A DNA stretch of 64,000 bases from Octopus sinensis (GCF_006345805.1 NC_043015.1:38688001-38752000); one strand, 5' to 3'. Positions 38,448 through 51,368 are shown, numbered from the stretch's first letter. The notes: generated by a model from the letters alone, not told the origin. Numbers and translations are program-made.

Positions 38448-41368
38448 GAGTCAGTATTAATTGTAAGGCGATGCCGTTACTCGTCGAAAGCAAGATCCAA
38501 GCAGGTTCTTCATTATTTTGCGCATCCCAAGAAAGTCTCACATGAATTACATCCCCACCTCCCTTTAACATGCCAACGACGTTAGTATGTAGCTGTTTTC
38601 ACTTGTTCAACCCATCAGGTCGGCTCCAACCGTGACCATTCCGTCTTTTTTTTTTTTTTCTCGCAGACAACATTAACTAATGCCCTTTCTGTTTTTAATA
38701 TTTGTTTATGGCAATAGGATATGATTTGAGAGATCTGCTACCATTGTCAGGTTGGATCGACCAGACGTACGACAAAGAGGTACTCTAGCCATGACCATCC
38801 CGTCTTTATTCGTCTGACAAGTATATGCTAATGTGATGTTGAATACACAATACTGGTTTCAAATTTTGGCACAAAGCCAGCAATTTCGGGAGAGGGGGGG
38901 GCTTGTCTATTACATCAAATCCAGTATTTAACTGGTACGTAGTCGACCTCGGCGGAATTTGAATGCAAGACGTAAAGCATTTTTGCTCCCCGGCGTGCCA
39001 GTTGGCCGACTTGAATACATAATTGATATTAACATGTGAAAATAACAGCTTTTTTTTATATCTTTTAAGACCGTTAAGTGAACCAATGTTGAGCGATCGC
39101 ATGGAGGTACCATGATGGAGCTACTTCACTGCGTGTGTGAGCGTACAGAACGTCGGCCCTTCACTTCAACATCACCAATATAAAACGTGGTGAAAAAGAA
39201 AAAATTGGCTCGTATATTGTCAGAGACTGAACCTCGAATTAAAATAGTTAATAGCGAACAATTGCAGTGTCTAATGCATAACACCACCTCCTGACCGCAT
39301 AATAAAATGAATTCGCATCTTCACCTCATGACGATTAAAGGCAGTTTTGCGTGGTGGAATCAATAGAATATTATACTCGTATACGGTCAGACATACAGCA
39401 CAAGCTTACGGCTATTCAGACCAATGATCAAAAGCGCTCCATCTACGAACAACCCATCTTAATACCCAGGAAAATTGAAGTCAGGGTCACATTATTCAAC
39501 GTGTCTATTTAAGACGGCAAGTGCGATTTAGTGTCTATTTCTAGCAGACTGGCTGACCCACATAAAAGCTTCATCAACTGTTGACGGAGGCGATGATGAC
39601 ATGTTTAAGTTGAATGTGGAAGAAAAAAGATAATTACAAATACTCAGGTTTAATTAGACAATAGACGTATGATCAAAGGCATTCCAGCCTCGACCGTCCA
39701 GCCTCCTTTTACAGGCGGTGTACCTTCGACCACAAGCTTTTATTTGGAACATCAAGAACCACATTACGTCCTTCGTCTTTTAAAATGGTGCAGTGTGATC
39801 CAACATAAATTTGACATCTATTTCTAACCTATCGTTAGCTAAGGTCGTTGAAAAAAACCTTTAGCAATAATCACACAACAAAGCAAATAATACACCCAAT
39901 GCTCTCTAAATCAAGTGGAAGACTTCGGCTCCAAAATGCACAGTCATGGTCGGAGATATAGATACACACACACACACACATACATACACATATATATATA
40001 TATATACAGGCATAACTATAGATGTATACCCCCGCCCCCGACTTTGTTGCCTCATAACTTCCAGAAAAATTAATACTGTTAGTAATGATGACTTGTCGAT
40101 TAAGTTGAATATGGATTGAAAGAAGATAACTGCAAATATTCATGTAGTTATGCCAATATACATGAATATATAATCTATCTTTCCTTTTTTAGTATCAGAG
40201 TTATCAACTATCTTCGTTAATTTCCAAGGCCGATCTAGATTATCATTGCATATGAAATTAACATTATGAGGGATTTCTCGTCCAAGTCGCACATAGGCCG
40301 GGAATTTTATTTAAAATACATGGACCCTACGAACTTGACTGGTGGGTATTTTATCGACCCCAGGGATGATAGAAAGGGAAAACTGATCTTGAATGAATTT
40401 GGATTCTAAACGTAAAGAACCGTAACGCGAAATTTGTACAATCAAGTGCTTGGGACTGTAAAGGGGACAAGAGAAAAATATGGTGGGAAGGGTCAGATCG
40501 AATAATGACTGTAGGGTTCAGAATAAAATAAATACGAAAAAGAAACAGGGCAGGGATCACCTGAATCGGTACCAGTGATGGATTGGTGATTATTTTATCG
40601 ACTCCCAGTAATGTTAGGGCAAGATTTATGGCGAGATGAACCTGAAATATTGACATTTATTTTGGACAGACACTATAGTTGCTGCAATTACCACTTCAAT
40701 AACAATTTTCGTCATACCTCGTTAACTTATTTCATACATATCTATCCTGGAATAAAAAAGGGACCCTAAATAAAGCAATTAAATATCAGACAAAATAATA
40801 ATAGTTAAAGAAAAAACTTAAATTGCTCTAAATAAGACGAAGAACTGCACAATATACAAACGGTTGACAAGTGCTCAGAATAATTAATTAAATAATAGAT
40901 ATCAGTCAATAAATTCAAGAATAGCGTTAATTTATGGCTTTGTATTTCGAATCCTTGGAAATGATATAGTATGGAATAACTGATTATTTATAGAAGGGTA
41001 TCAAATAATTAAATACCATAATTAAAAAGTATTCTTGGGTTTATTAAGCCATCACCATGCATACACACACACATATATATACATAGGCGATAACACACGT
41101 ATATAATATATTTGTTGAAAGCGATCAGGTTTAAAGTACAAAAGTGGAATTGTACTGTTTAATATTAATTGGATATTCAAAAATCGTTAATTGATTAAGT
41201 TACTAGTAATATATTTGCTTTTAATTAAAGCTTTGGATGCGTTTAAACGTTTTCCTGTCTCTTTTATTATTTTTTTTTTGTTTTTGTAGTTTGAATTTTG
41301 AGTTCTATTAAGAAAGAAAAAAAAGGAAAATATTTGGATAAAAAAAGAGATGAAGTAATTTTACTTAC

Positions 41369-41389
41369 TACAGAGTCGATTATGAGCAT
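41369..41389 (-). CDS. TXN: Thioredoxin coding exon 1 (MLIIDSV)
   Basis: ATG CTC ATA ATC GAC TCT GTA|gtaagtaa: consensus donor, phase 0, joins exon 2 to give a 105-aa Trx. It lies next to a CpG-retaining, CT-rich upstream region. An alternative candidate is listed under rejected items. Confidence 0.7.
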
Positions 41390-42100
41390 GATGAGAAGTT
41401 TCTAGTGAACCGAGGTGAGAGCGAATCGAAGAATTTTAAGAAATGAGTGAAACTGATGCAAAGAACAACACCGCATGGAATTATATATATTTACCCGCTA
41501 AAGGGGAGAAGAGAGAGGGAGATAGAGAGTGAGAAAGAGTACGGGGGAAAGAGAGAGGGGTGACTAGAGCGAGAGAAAGAATATGGGAGGAAAGAAAGAG
41601 GAGAGAAAGAAAGAGATAGCGAGAGAGAAAGAAAGAGATAGGGAGAGAGAGAGAGAAAGAGATAGCAAGAAAGAAAGAGAGGTGAGGCAAGAGGGAAACA
41701 GACTGATCGACCGTGTGTGTGAAATGGAGGGGCAGTAATTTAGTAGTGAAAGAGTAAGAGATTAAAGTGAGTGAAAATGTAGTGATGGCGGGAGAAATAA
41801 AAGCGAGGAAGGGAGAGAGGAGGGACTAAGAGAATTATGCAGAAGCAAATGCACGCACACACATACACACACACGCACGTAAAGGAAAGTAAAGAGACTG
41901 ATAGTTTATAAGTAATTAAGGGAGGAAGGTTAATGAAAGAGATGAGGAGAGGTAAGAATAAATAGAGAGATAGTAACGAAGAGAAGACAAAAAAATGTAG
42001 CGATGGCGGGAGAATTAAGAGGGGAGGAGGAAATAGTAGGATGATATCCGTTGTTGAGAAGAAGAGGGGGGGAATGAGGAGTGAAATACCCAGGGAAGTC
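41390..42100 (-). promoter_or_regulatory. Putative thioredoxin 5' UTR/promoter region with long GA/CT tracts
   Basis: Unique CpG-containing sequence directly upstream of the predicted ATG, followed by (GA)-rich simple repeats. Position-based inference only. Confidence 0.4.
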
Positions 42101-42624
42101 CTCTGGCTGAAAATGTAATAGTAAAGTAGTCGCTAAGCATAGTTGCGTTAATCCTGGAAATTAATTAATTAAAATTTCACCATTAGTGACGAGAAATCCA
42201 TAATAATAACTATTCACTTCATTAAATAGCGGTCAAGATTTTTTAAAAAGGAAAGCAGGGGCTAAACCCTTTGAAAAATGTGTGTGTGTTTGTGCGTGTT
42301 GAATGAAGTGGGTTAGGATTTTTTTTCACATTTATATTTATTTAGCAGCTGAATAACAATCCTGGTTTTGTATTTTTTTGCCCCACTTCACTATTAATTT
42401 TTCACGCAGTCGATGGAGGATACTAGATATTTATTCGAATTACTTAAATTATTTTAGTCACTCTTTATTTTAATTCAATATTCAATCAGATCAAACTAGT
42501 GTCGGATTCTTTTCAATATTCAATTTTAAATTAAAATTTCCGTGTCGTTTCCCCATCTCTTATTTATTTATTTATTATCTTTTTCTTCTGTTAGTTACTA
42601 GAGTGCGGCCATGCTGGGGTACCG

Positions 42625-42712
<88 letters not shown>

Positions 42713-43179
42713 ACTATTTAAGTGGAACTTATTCATTTTAGAAATCATTGTTCCCATCAGCACGGCTTATCCTTCACTTATTTCGGTTATTGGACTGCGG
42801 CCTTGCTGGGGCACAATTTCGAAGAGTTTTGTCAAACAAATCAGCTCAATTAATTCTGAGTTTCTTTTTTTTTTAAAGTCTGATATTTATTCTATCGATA
42901 TCTTTTGCCAAACCGCTAAGATATGGAAGCGTAAACAAACCAACACCGGTGGTGAGGGACAAACAAGCGCAATCTCGCATAGTTTCCGTCTACTCGGACG
43001 GGGCTGTAGAAGACGCTCTTCCATGATGACACGCAAATTCATTAAAATTTCCTTCATTTATGGTTCCACATATTCTTATCATTTTGACTTAATTCTATAA
43101 AAAAGACTAGGTAATTCCTATCAAACTAGTTATAAATAAGCCAAATCTCTCTCAAGTTGCACTCAGCCGTCTTATTTAA

Positions 43180-43516
43180 GAGGGTGATTCAAAAGTCGCC
43201 ATACATAGGAACAATTTATTTTTCTTATAAGAAATAGGTTTTTTTTGTAACATTTATTACCATTGTTTCAAATACACATTACAATACGTCTACCCCATTC
43301 GTTGTGAACTCGTAAAAGTACATCTGGTGTGTGCAAATGAATTGGTGGTGCATTCCTTCAAACGATTTGTTTTATTTTATTTTCGCGATACACCATTCCT
43401 TTCAAATGCCCCCAAAGATAAAAATCAAGAGGGGTCAGATCAGGGGATCTAATAAGCTATTTCTTATTAAAAAGAAAAAAAAATTTCGTATGTATGGAGA
43501 CTTTTTAATCACCCTG
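43180..43516 (-). mobile_element. Tc1-like internally deleted transposon
   Basis: TIRs AGGGTGATTCAAAAGTCGCCATACAT / ATGTATGGAGACTTTTTAATCACCCTG|TA; minus-strand RSPDLTPLDFYLWGHLKGMV. Confidence 0.8.
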
Positions 43517-44111
43517 TATTATATAAAATAGACTTGAACTTATTAAAAGTTGGGATGGTAAAGGACAAAATTCTTTTGCTCATGAATTCACATGTTTTAG
43601 GACAGACTAAAGATCGTATCAGCGATAGCGATGCATTTGAGTACAGGCAAGTGAGGGAACCGGTATCTCGTCGTTCGACTTGCTAGAAATAGTAGCCAAA
43701 TCTTCCTCCAACCGCACCCTACCGTTTAAAAAGATGACGGTTTCAGCTATTTGGTACAAGCCTCGTAATTTTAGGGGTTGGGGTATGTCGATTACAATAA
43801 TCACAGTGCTCAACTGGTACTTTATTTTATCAATTTCGAAAGTACGAAAGGCAAAATTGACCCCGGCGGAATTTCAACCCAGAACATAAAAAGCCAACCG
43901 GCAATCAGTCGTATTTGGGCTCAAAGCTGTCAATAATTTGACAGCTGGTTCGTTTATTTCTTTTATTTATCTGTTTCTTTTCATGACGTGTCGAAGGGGT
44001 TTAAAAATAAAGGAAGCAGACGACAGTGCCCGCACACACACATTACACACCCATTGACTTCGGTGTTTATGACTTCAATAGTGAAACACACTCGCCCGGT
44101 GTATCTCTAAT

Positions 44112-44330
44112 GCCCGAGCTGGCAGAAACGTTAGCACGCCGGGCGAAATGCGTAGCCGTGTTCCGTCTGTCGTTACGTTCTGAGTTCAAATTCCGCCGAG
44201 GTCGACTTGGCCTTTCATCCTTTCGGGGTCGATAAATAAAGTACTAGTTACGCACTGGGGTCGATGTAATCGACTTAATCCCTTTGTCTGTCCTTGTTTG
44301 TCCCCTCTGTGTTTAGCCCCTTGTGGGCAG
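44112..44330 (+). mobile_element. tRNA-derived SINE family B (near full length)
   Basis: gagctggcagaaacgttagcacgccgggcg..gagttcaaattccgccgaggtcgacttggcctttcatcctttcggggtcgataaataaagtac. Confidence 0.85.
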
Positions 44331-46730
44331 TCATCATCATCATCATCATCATTTAACGTCCGCTTTCCATGCTAGCATGGGTTGGACGGTTCAACTGGGG
44401 TCTGGGGAGCCCGAAAGCTGCACCAGTCCAGTCAGATCTGGCAGTGTTTCTACAGCTGGATGCCCTTCCTAACGCCAACCACTCCGAGAGTGTAGTGGGT
44501 GATTTTATGTGCCACCGACACAGGTGCCAGACGAGGCTGGCAAACGGCCACGCTCGGATGGTGTTTTTTATGTGCCACCGACACAGGTGCCAGACGAGGC
44601 TGGCAGACGGCCACGCTCGGATGGTGTTTTTATGTGCCACCGACACAGGTGCCAGATGAGGCTGGCAAACGGCCACGATCGGATGGTGCTTGTTACGTGC
44701 CCACAGCACGGAGGCCAGTCGATGCGGTACTGGCTACGGCCACGTTCGGATGGTTTTCTTGTGTGCCACGTGCCACCGGCACTGGTACCACAAGGATACA
44801 AATTCCATTGATGTTCATCTATTTTGATTTGTTTTGATTTGATTTTCACTTGCTTCAACAGGTCTTCACAAGTGTCACAAGAAGGAAGGTATGCACAGGT
44901 GGACTGACTACGTCCCAGGTAGGGGCCATGGGTTATGGCCTGACTAGTCTTGCCGGGTCTTCGGATGGTGTTTTTATGTGCCACCGACACAGGTGCTAGA
45001 CGAGGCTGGCGAACGGCTACGATCGGATGGGGTTTGTCATGTGCCCACCACACTAACTACAGCACTGATGGATTTCTTGTGTGCCACAGGCACTGGTACC
45101 ACAAGATACAAATTCCATTGATGTTCATCTATTTGTCTATTTTGATTTGATTTGATTTGATTTGATTTTCACTTGCCTCAACCGGTCTTCACAGGTGTCA
45201 CAAGAGGAAGGTATGCACAGGTGGACTGACTAGTCTTGCCGGATCTTCGGAAGGTGTTTTTATGTGCCACCGACACAGGTGCCAGATGAGGCTGGTGAAC
45301 GGCCATGATCGGATGGTGTTTGTTACGTGCCCACAGCACGGAGGCCGGTCAATGCGGAACTGGCTACGGACACGTTCGGATGGTTCTCTTGTGTGCCACC
45401 GGCACTGGTACCACAAAGATACAGATTCCATTGATGTTCATCTATTTTGATTGTTTTGATTTGATTTTGATTTTCACTTGCCTCAACAGGTCTTCACAAG
45501 TGTCACAAGAAGGAAGGTATGCACAGGTGGACTGACTACGTCCCAGGTAGGGGCCATGGGTTATGGCCTGACTAGTCTTGCCGGGTCTTCGGATGGTGTT
45601 TTTATGTGCCACCGACACAGGTGCTAGATGAGGCTGGCGAACGGCCACGATCGGATGGTGTTTGTCATGTGCCCACAGCACGGAGGCCAGTCGATGCGGT
45701 ACTGGCTACGGCCACTTTCGGATGGTTTTCTCTTGTGTGCCACCGGCACTGGTACCACAAAGATACAAATTCCATTGATGTTCATCTATTTTGATTTGTT
45801 TTGATTTTCACTTGCCTCAACAGGTCTTCACAAGTGTCGCAAGAAGGAAGGTATGTACAGGTGGACTGACTACGTCCCAGGTAGGGCCCACGGGTTCACA
45901 AGTGTCGCAAGAAGGAAGGTATGTACAGGTGGACTGACTACGTCCCAGGTAGGGCCCACGGGTTATGACCTGACTAGTCTTGCCGGGTCTTCGGATGGTG
46001 TTTTTATGTGCCACCATGTTCCCACATCACGGAGGCGAGTCGACGCGGTACTGGCTACGGCCACGTTCGGATGGTTTTCTTGTGTGCCACAGGCACTGGT
46101 ACCACAAAGATATAAATTCCATTGATGTTCATCTATTTTGATTGATTTTCACTTGCCTCAGCAGGTCTTCACAAGTGTCACAAGAAGGAAGGTATGCACA
46201 GGTGGATCGACTACGTCCCAGGTAGGGACCACGGGATATGGCCTGACTAGTCCTGCCGGGTCCTCTCATGCACAGCACACTTCCATAGGACTCGGTCTTC
46301 AGTCATTTCCTTGGTGAGACCTAAAGTTCGAAGGTCGTGCTTCACCACCTCGTCCCAGGTTTTCCTGGGTCTACCTCTTCCACAGGTTCCCTCAACTGCT
46401 AGGGTGTAGCACTTTTGCACACAACTATCTTCAGCCATTCTCGTCACATGACCATACCAGCGCAGCCGTCTCTCTTGCACACCACACCTGACACTTCTTA
46501 GGTTCAACTTTTCTCTCAAAGTACTTACACTCTGACGATTATGAACACTGACATTACACATCCATCGGAGCATACTGGCTTCATTTCTTGCAAGCTTACG
46601 CATATCCTCAGCTGTCACGGCCCATGTTTCACTACCATGTAGCATGGCTGTACGTACACACGCATCATATAGTCTGCCTTTTACTCTTAGCGAGAGGCCT
46701 TTTGTCACCAGCAGGGGTAAGAGCTCTCTA
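44331..46730 (-). mobile_element. RTE LINE 3' portion with tandemly amplified 3' UTR
   Basis: ORF 46247-46708 (KGRLYDACVRTAMLHGSETW..RLRWYGHV..RGRPRKTW) is contiguous with about 1.7 kb of repeated UTR units, the GGAAGGGCATCC domain and a (CAT)n tail at 44331-44352. Confidence 0.9.
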
Positions 46731-46790
46731 AAAGAAATATATTCGAGGCTCCTTCATTAGAATTTCCACATCAGCAACAAGGTATTTTCT

Positions 46791-47330
46791 TTGTTTGTTT
46801 GTTTGTATGTATGTATGTATGTATGTGTGTATATGTATGTGTGTATGTATGTATGTGTGTGTATGTATGTATGTGTGTGTGTATGTGTGTGTGTATATGT
46901 ATGTGTGTATGTATGTATGTGTGTGTATGTATGTATGTGTGTGTATGTGTGTGTGTATATGTATGTGTGTATGTATGTATGTATGTGTGTACGTACATGT
47001 ATATGAAAAATAATGGGTGTGTGTGTGTGTGCGTGCGTGTATGAGTGAATAGAAATACATACACATAGAAGCGCACACACATACACCCATTATCTTTCGT
47101 ATACATGTACGTACACGAATACATACGTAAATTTATTGTGCAAGTGCGTGTTTGTGTGTCGATACAGATACATAAAACCCAACAAGCTTGTGCACACACA
47201 CACACATACGTTCACCCATTATCTTTCATACATACATACATACATACACACACATACATACACACACACACACATACATACACACACATACATACACACA
47301 CACACAAATACATACATACATACATTGTGC
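46791..47330. repeat. Microsatellite-rich foldback ((TATG/TG)n arm versus (CATA/CA)n arm)
   Basis: The unique segment gtgtacgtacatgtatatgaaaaataatgggtgtg is inverted as cacccattatctttcgtatacatgtacgtacac. Confidence 0.75.
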
Positions 47331-47460
47331 AAGTTTGTTTCACTATTCATGTCCTGAAAATGAAAGTGTGGGGCCGCACCCTCTATCGTCTGTTTCACTC
47401 CACCGACTTCAAAGCAAAAGCCACCTTCAACATGTCATGAAAACAAAATTTTTACAGAAA

Positions 47461-47714
47461 CTAGCAGTATCGCCCGGCGTTGCTCGGGTTTGTGTCGACC
47501 CTTTAGAATAGGAATTTTTGAAAAGTAAAAATTTTGCATTATGTAGCTTGTTATTCTCTTTAAGTGAACATTTTTCTGGTTGAAATACACTAAAAAATGG
47601 CGACACTGCAGTAAAAAAAATCATAAAAAATAGGGATTTTCATAGAAAAAAAAGCACCTTTTTGATGTAACTAATTTTTGGTGTTAACATGGTCTGATTT
47701 GAAATTTTTCTTCT
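47461..47714 (+). mobile_element. Helitron/Helentron-type non-autonomous element fragment
   Basis: The 5' end CTAGCAGTATCGCCCGGCGTTGCTCGGG resembles HINE/DINE-1-like termini. A similar start occurs at about 14640. Confidence 0.5.
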
Positions 47715-48765
47715 ACTACGATTGACAAAATAAACAGTGGGAGGAAGTAGGTGTGAGAGGAAGAGAGGAGGAGGGTTAGATGAAGAGGGGAGGAGAGTTA
47801 AGCCCATGTGATACAAAGGAGTGAAGAGAGAAGATTAATCCCTGTTCACAGCGAAGACAGGAGTCTGGATGGCCCCCGTGCAAGGACAATCCAAACATAG
47901 ACAGGTGTTGTAAAGAATGACTGGTAGAGCGGATATGGTGCGAGACCAGGGTGTTGTTGCTGAGTCTGATGTCTCAAAGGTGTTCCATGAACTGGTCAGC
48001 CAAGCAGTATCCTGTTTGACCTATGTATAAAGAAGGATAGAGAGAGCAGGAGATGCAGTAGACTACATTGCTAGAAGTGCAGGTGAAGGAGTCAATGATA
48101 TGATAGGGTCGATGATAGGTGCCTGTAAGGAGGGTGGTGTTGGAGAGGTAAGGGCAAGTGTGACAGCGTGGGTGGGAGCAGGGAAATGAACCGGGTTGGG
48201 ACATTGGGTTAGGGAAGAAGCTGTGGACCAAGAGGTCTCATAGGCTGTGGGCTCATTTGAAAGAGGGATGGGGTCAGTTAGGGAAGATGTGTGAAGTGGA
48301 GGGGTTGGACTGGAGCTCCTGGAAGGCTTGGAGAATAGTGTGTTGGAGACGTAGGGTGGTGGGATGGTAGGTGAGGGGAAACAGGAGATGGGTGATGGTG
48401 GGGCAGGCGTGGGGAGAGAAAGAGCAGATGCACGTTCCACAGAACATGCTCTGGCAAGGGTGATGTGGATAGTGGTGAGGGGATATCCATGTAGGATGAA
48501 GTGGTGAGCCTCAAAGCCATGGTGGTCACTACAGAGCCTGCGTAGACGGAGGAATTGGGAATAGGGGATGGAGAGCTTAGGGTGGGAGGAGGAGAAGTTG
48601 AGGTATGAGTGTGAGTCTGTGTGTTTGTAGTGGATGGAGGTGGTGAGAGTGGAGTGATGGATGCTGACCGAAATGTCAAGAAAGGCGACTGAAGTGTCGG
48701 AAATAGTGCAGGAGAAGTGGAGAGCAGGATGGAAAGATTTGACAAAAGAGAGGAAGGAGTCTACA
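47715..48765 (-). mobile_element. Penelope-like element: RT thumb, Cys-rich linker and GIY-YIG endonuclease, frameshifted
   Basis: FLDISVS..YKHTDSHSYLNFSSSHP..SIPYSQFLRLRRLCS; FPCSHPRCHTCPY; FTCTSSNVVYCISCS..LYIGQTG..EHL. Confidence 0.92.
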
Positions 48766-48791
48766 CTCACATATCTACACACATGTATACA

Positions 48792-48841
<50 letters not shown>

Positions 48842-49275
48842 CACACACACATGTGCATATACACATATATAAATATACATACTAACATACATACACACAC
48901 ACATACATGTACACACACATACTCTGTATGTATGTATGTATATACATATGAATATGAGGTGAGTGTATATTTTATTGTGTGATATAAATGCAATAAACAT
49001 ATTTCAATAAACAATGTCACTCAAGTGAAAAGACAGATTGTCTTTGTTAAACAGGATGTGTTTTAATAAGCTTCTTCCTCCCAACAAAATGATGTGTACA
49101 GCCGAACAAAAGACACTGTAGCTCCTATTTATTGTACTTTTGGCTAAACGTCCATGTATGTATGTCATTGTTCAGTTTTATTTCAAGATTTCTTGCCACT
49201 AGAGAAAGAACCGGTTTCTAACCTTGATCCGAGGTTCCTTCATTAGAATTTCAGCAACAAGGTGCTTTTGTTTGT

Positions 49276-49640
49276 ATGTATGTATGTGTCTGTGCAAGAC
49301 CCAGCCTCAGTAAAGCTGGACTCAAGAGTCATCTTCGTAGTCATAAAGCGAGACAGATGAGTGACAACCTGGCCACTGGTGGTGGTGTAACACACCATAC
49401 TAATCATATCTGTCGGGCATGTGGAAGAGAGTGTAATTTGGCAGAAAGACTTAAACGACATGCAAAGGTACATGAAGTCCCGTTACAACTACAGTCGGCT
49501 ATTACCAGTAAAGGTTTTAGTTGCCAATTTTGTACAAGACATTGTAGATCTTTAGCTGGGCTAAAAGTCACATTCGATCACAGCACCAGTAACAGTGAAG
49601 CTTCGTGCAATGGCCATACTCGATAACGAGGGGGCAGCCA
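49276..49640 (+). mobile_element. Probable RTE/BovB-like LINE 3' end encoding three C2H2-like fingers
   Basis: C..CARPSLSKAGLKSHLRSH, CRACGRECNLAERLKRHAKVH and CQFCTRHCRSLAGLK; ends ggccatactcgataacgagggggcagccatc then (TATG)n. No convincing splice context. Confidence 0.6.
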
Positions 49641-49651
49641 TCATGTATGTA

Positions 49652-49704
<53 letters not shown>

Positions 49705-50417
49705 ATATGTATGCATGCATGTATGCATGCATGTATGTATGCATGCATGTATGTATGTATGTATTCTTGTGCATATAGAAGCATATCTAAATAGGCTAAT
49801 ATATGTTTCAAGCTTATCATTTGCATGTATGTATATATGCACATTTGTATGTGTGAATATGTGTACATGTGTGTGTGTGTGTGTGTGTGTTTGAATGGGT
49901 GTGTGTATTTAGAAAAAGGAGGCAGTCAGAATTTTGATTAATCCTTAATTAGCACTTTCCTTTCTTTTTTTTTCAAATTCATCAGGACAAAATTTTTTTT
50001 TAAAATGGTAAAAACAGAAAGCTTCGTTGTTCATTTATATGAAGAAGATATTGTTTAGAAGAGGACAATATTGTTTTTGTTCTTTAGGAAAGAGGAGGAG
50101 AGAGAGGAAGAAAAGCAAAGAGGAGGTGAGGGTGAAATAGACAGAGAGAGAGAGAGAGAGGGGTTTCGGGACAACCAAGAAAGAGGAGAAAAAAGAAATA
50201 ATGATAATAATAAAGGATGGGGAAAGGGTTTCTCTTTTTACCATTGTGATTATAATTTATCTTGGCAAGTTCAAAAAATGAACAAAAGCGCTAATAAAGG
50301 ATTATCCAAAATTCTGACTGCCTCCTTTTTCGCAATATACAATATCTTTACACTACTTCAAGCACTTTATACATATATGCGAGTGTATGTATGTGTGTGT
50401 GTATATATATGTATGTG

Positions 50418-50509
<92 letters not shown>

Positions 50510-50691
50510 GTATATATAAATAAATGAAACGAAAGCACGTGATCTCTGCCCTTGGCATGTAGCTTCAACCGTGTTTTTCTGACGTGAATTTGCTACCCGG
50601 GTATCGGTTAACCGAATTATCCATACTAGGATAATTCATTCAACTACTTAAATATTCATATATGTGTATATATGTATATTTATCATATATA

Positions 50692-50737
<46 letters not shown>

Positions 50738-50983
50738 GCACATATGAAATTACAGAAGGAAAATGCACACTTTACATTGTTTTAATATATTTTCGTAGGA
50801 TTTCTTAGGAAAATACATAATTAAAACGATTTTTATGTCATGATTAGTGAAAGCGAAACTGGTGGACAGACACAACATAAAATATATTAAAACTATGTAA
50901 AGTGTGTGCATTTTCCTTCTTATATATATGTGTGTGAGTGTGTGTGTGTACATGTATGTGTATGTGTGCATGTATGTGTGTGG

Positions 50984-51031
<48 letters not shown>

Positions 51032-51032
<1 letters not shown>

Positions 51033-51218
51033 AGTTTAGAGGACTGACCACTAAAAAAATGGACAGCCTATATGCTAGATATAGACGTCAAAAGCGCCAT
51101 TTTCCACGACGAAAGAACACATGTCTTGAGAACACAGTCTTCGTGGAAAATGGCGATTTTGACGTCTATATGTAGCATATAGGCTGTCCATGTTTTTAGT
51201 GGTCAGTCCTCTAAACTT
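51032..51218. mobile_element. Near-perfect foldback MITE (about 78 bp arms, about 31 nt loop)
   Basis: aagtttagaggactgaccactaaaaaaatggacagcctatatgcta..ttttccacga / tcgtggaaaa..tagcatataggctgtccatgtttttagtggtcagtcctctaaactt. Confidence 0.85.
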
Positions 51219-51330
51219 TGTATGTAAAAAAATTTTTTTAATCTTCGGATTTTTTTAAAATATGCTAGGCCACTGGTTTTAATTGATTAATATCAATTTC
51301 TACCCTTATTAAATTTTATATATATATATC

Positions 51331-51368
<38 letters not shown>

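Noticed and set aside
40692-40715. Alternative TXN first exon MTKIVIEV|gtaatt (24 nt, phase 0)
   Set aside because: It has the same size as the human first coding exon but a weaker donor and a poorer match to the I-[DE]-S-x pattern than MLIIDSV|gtaagt at 41369-41389. It cannot be excluded as an alternative start without transcripts.
44509-44700. Regular repeats of about 63 bp resembling a CRISPR array
   Set aside because: No unique spacers, eukaryotic context, no cas genes; part of a LINE UTR.
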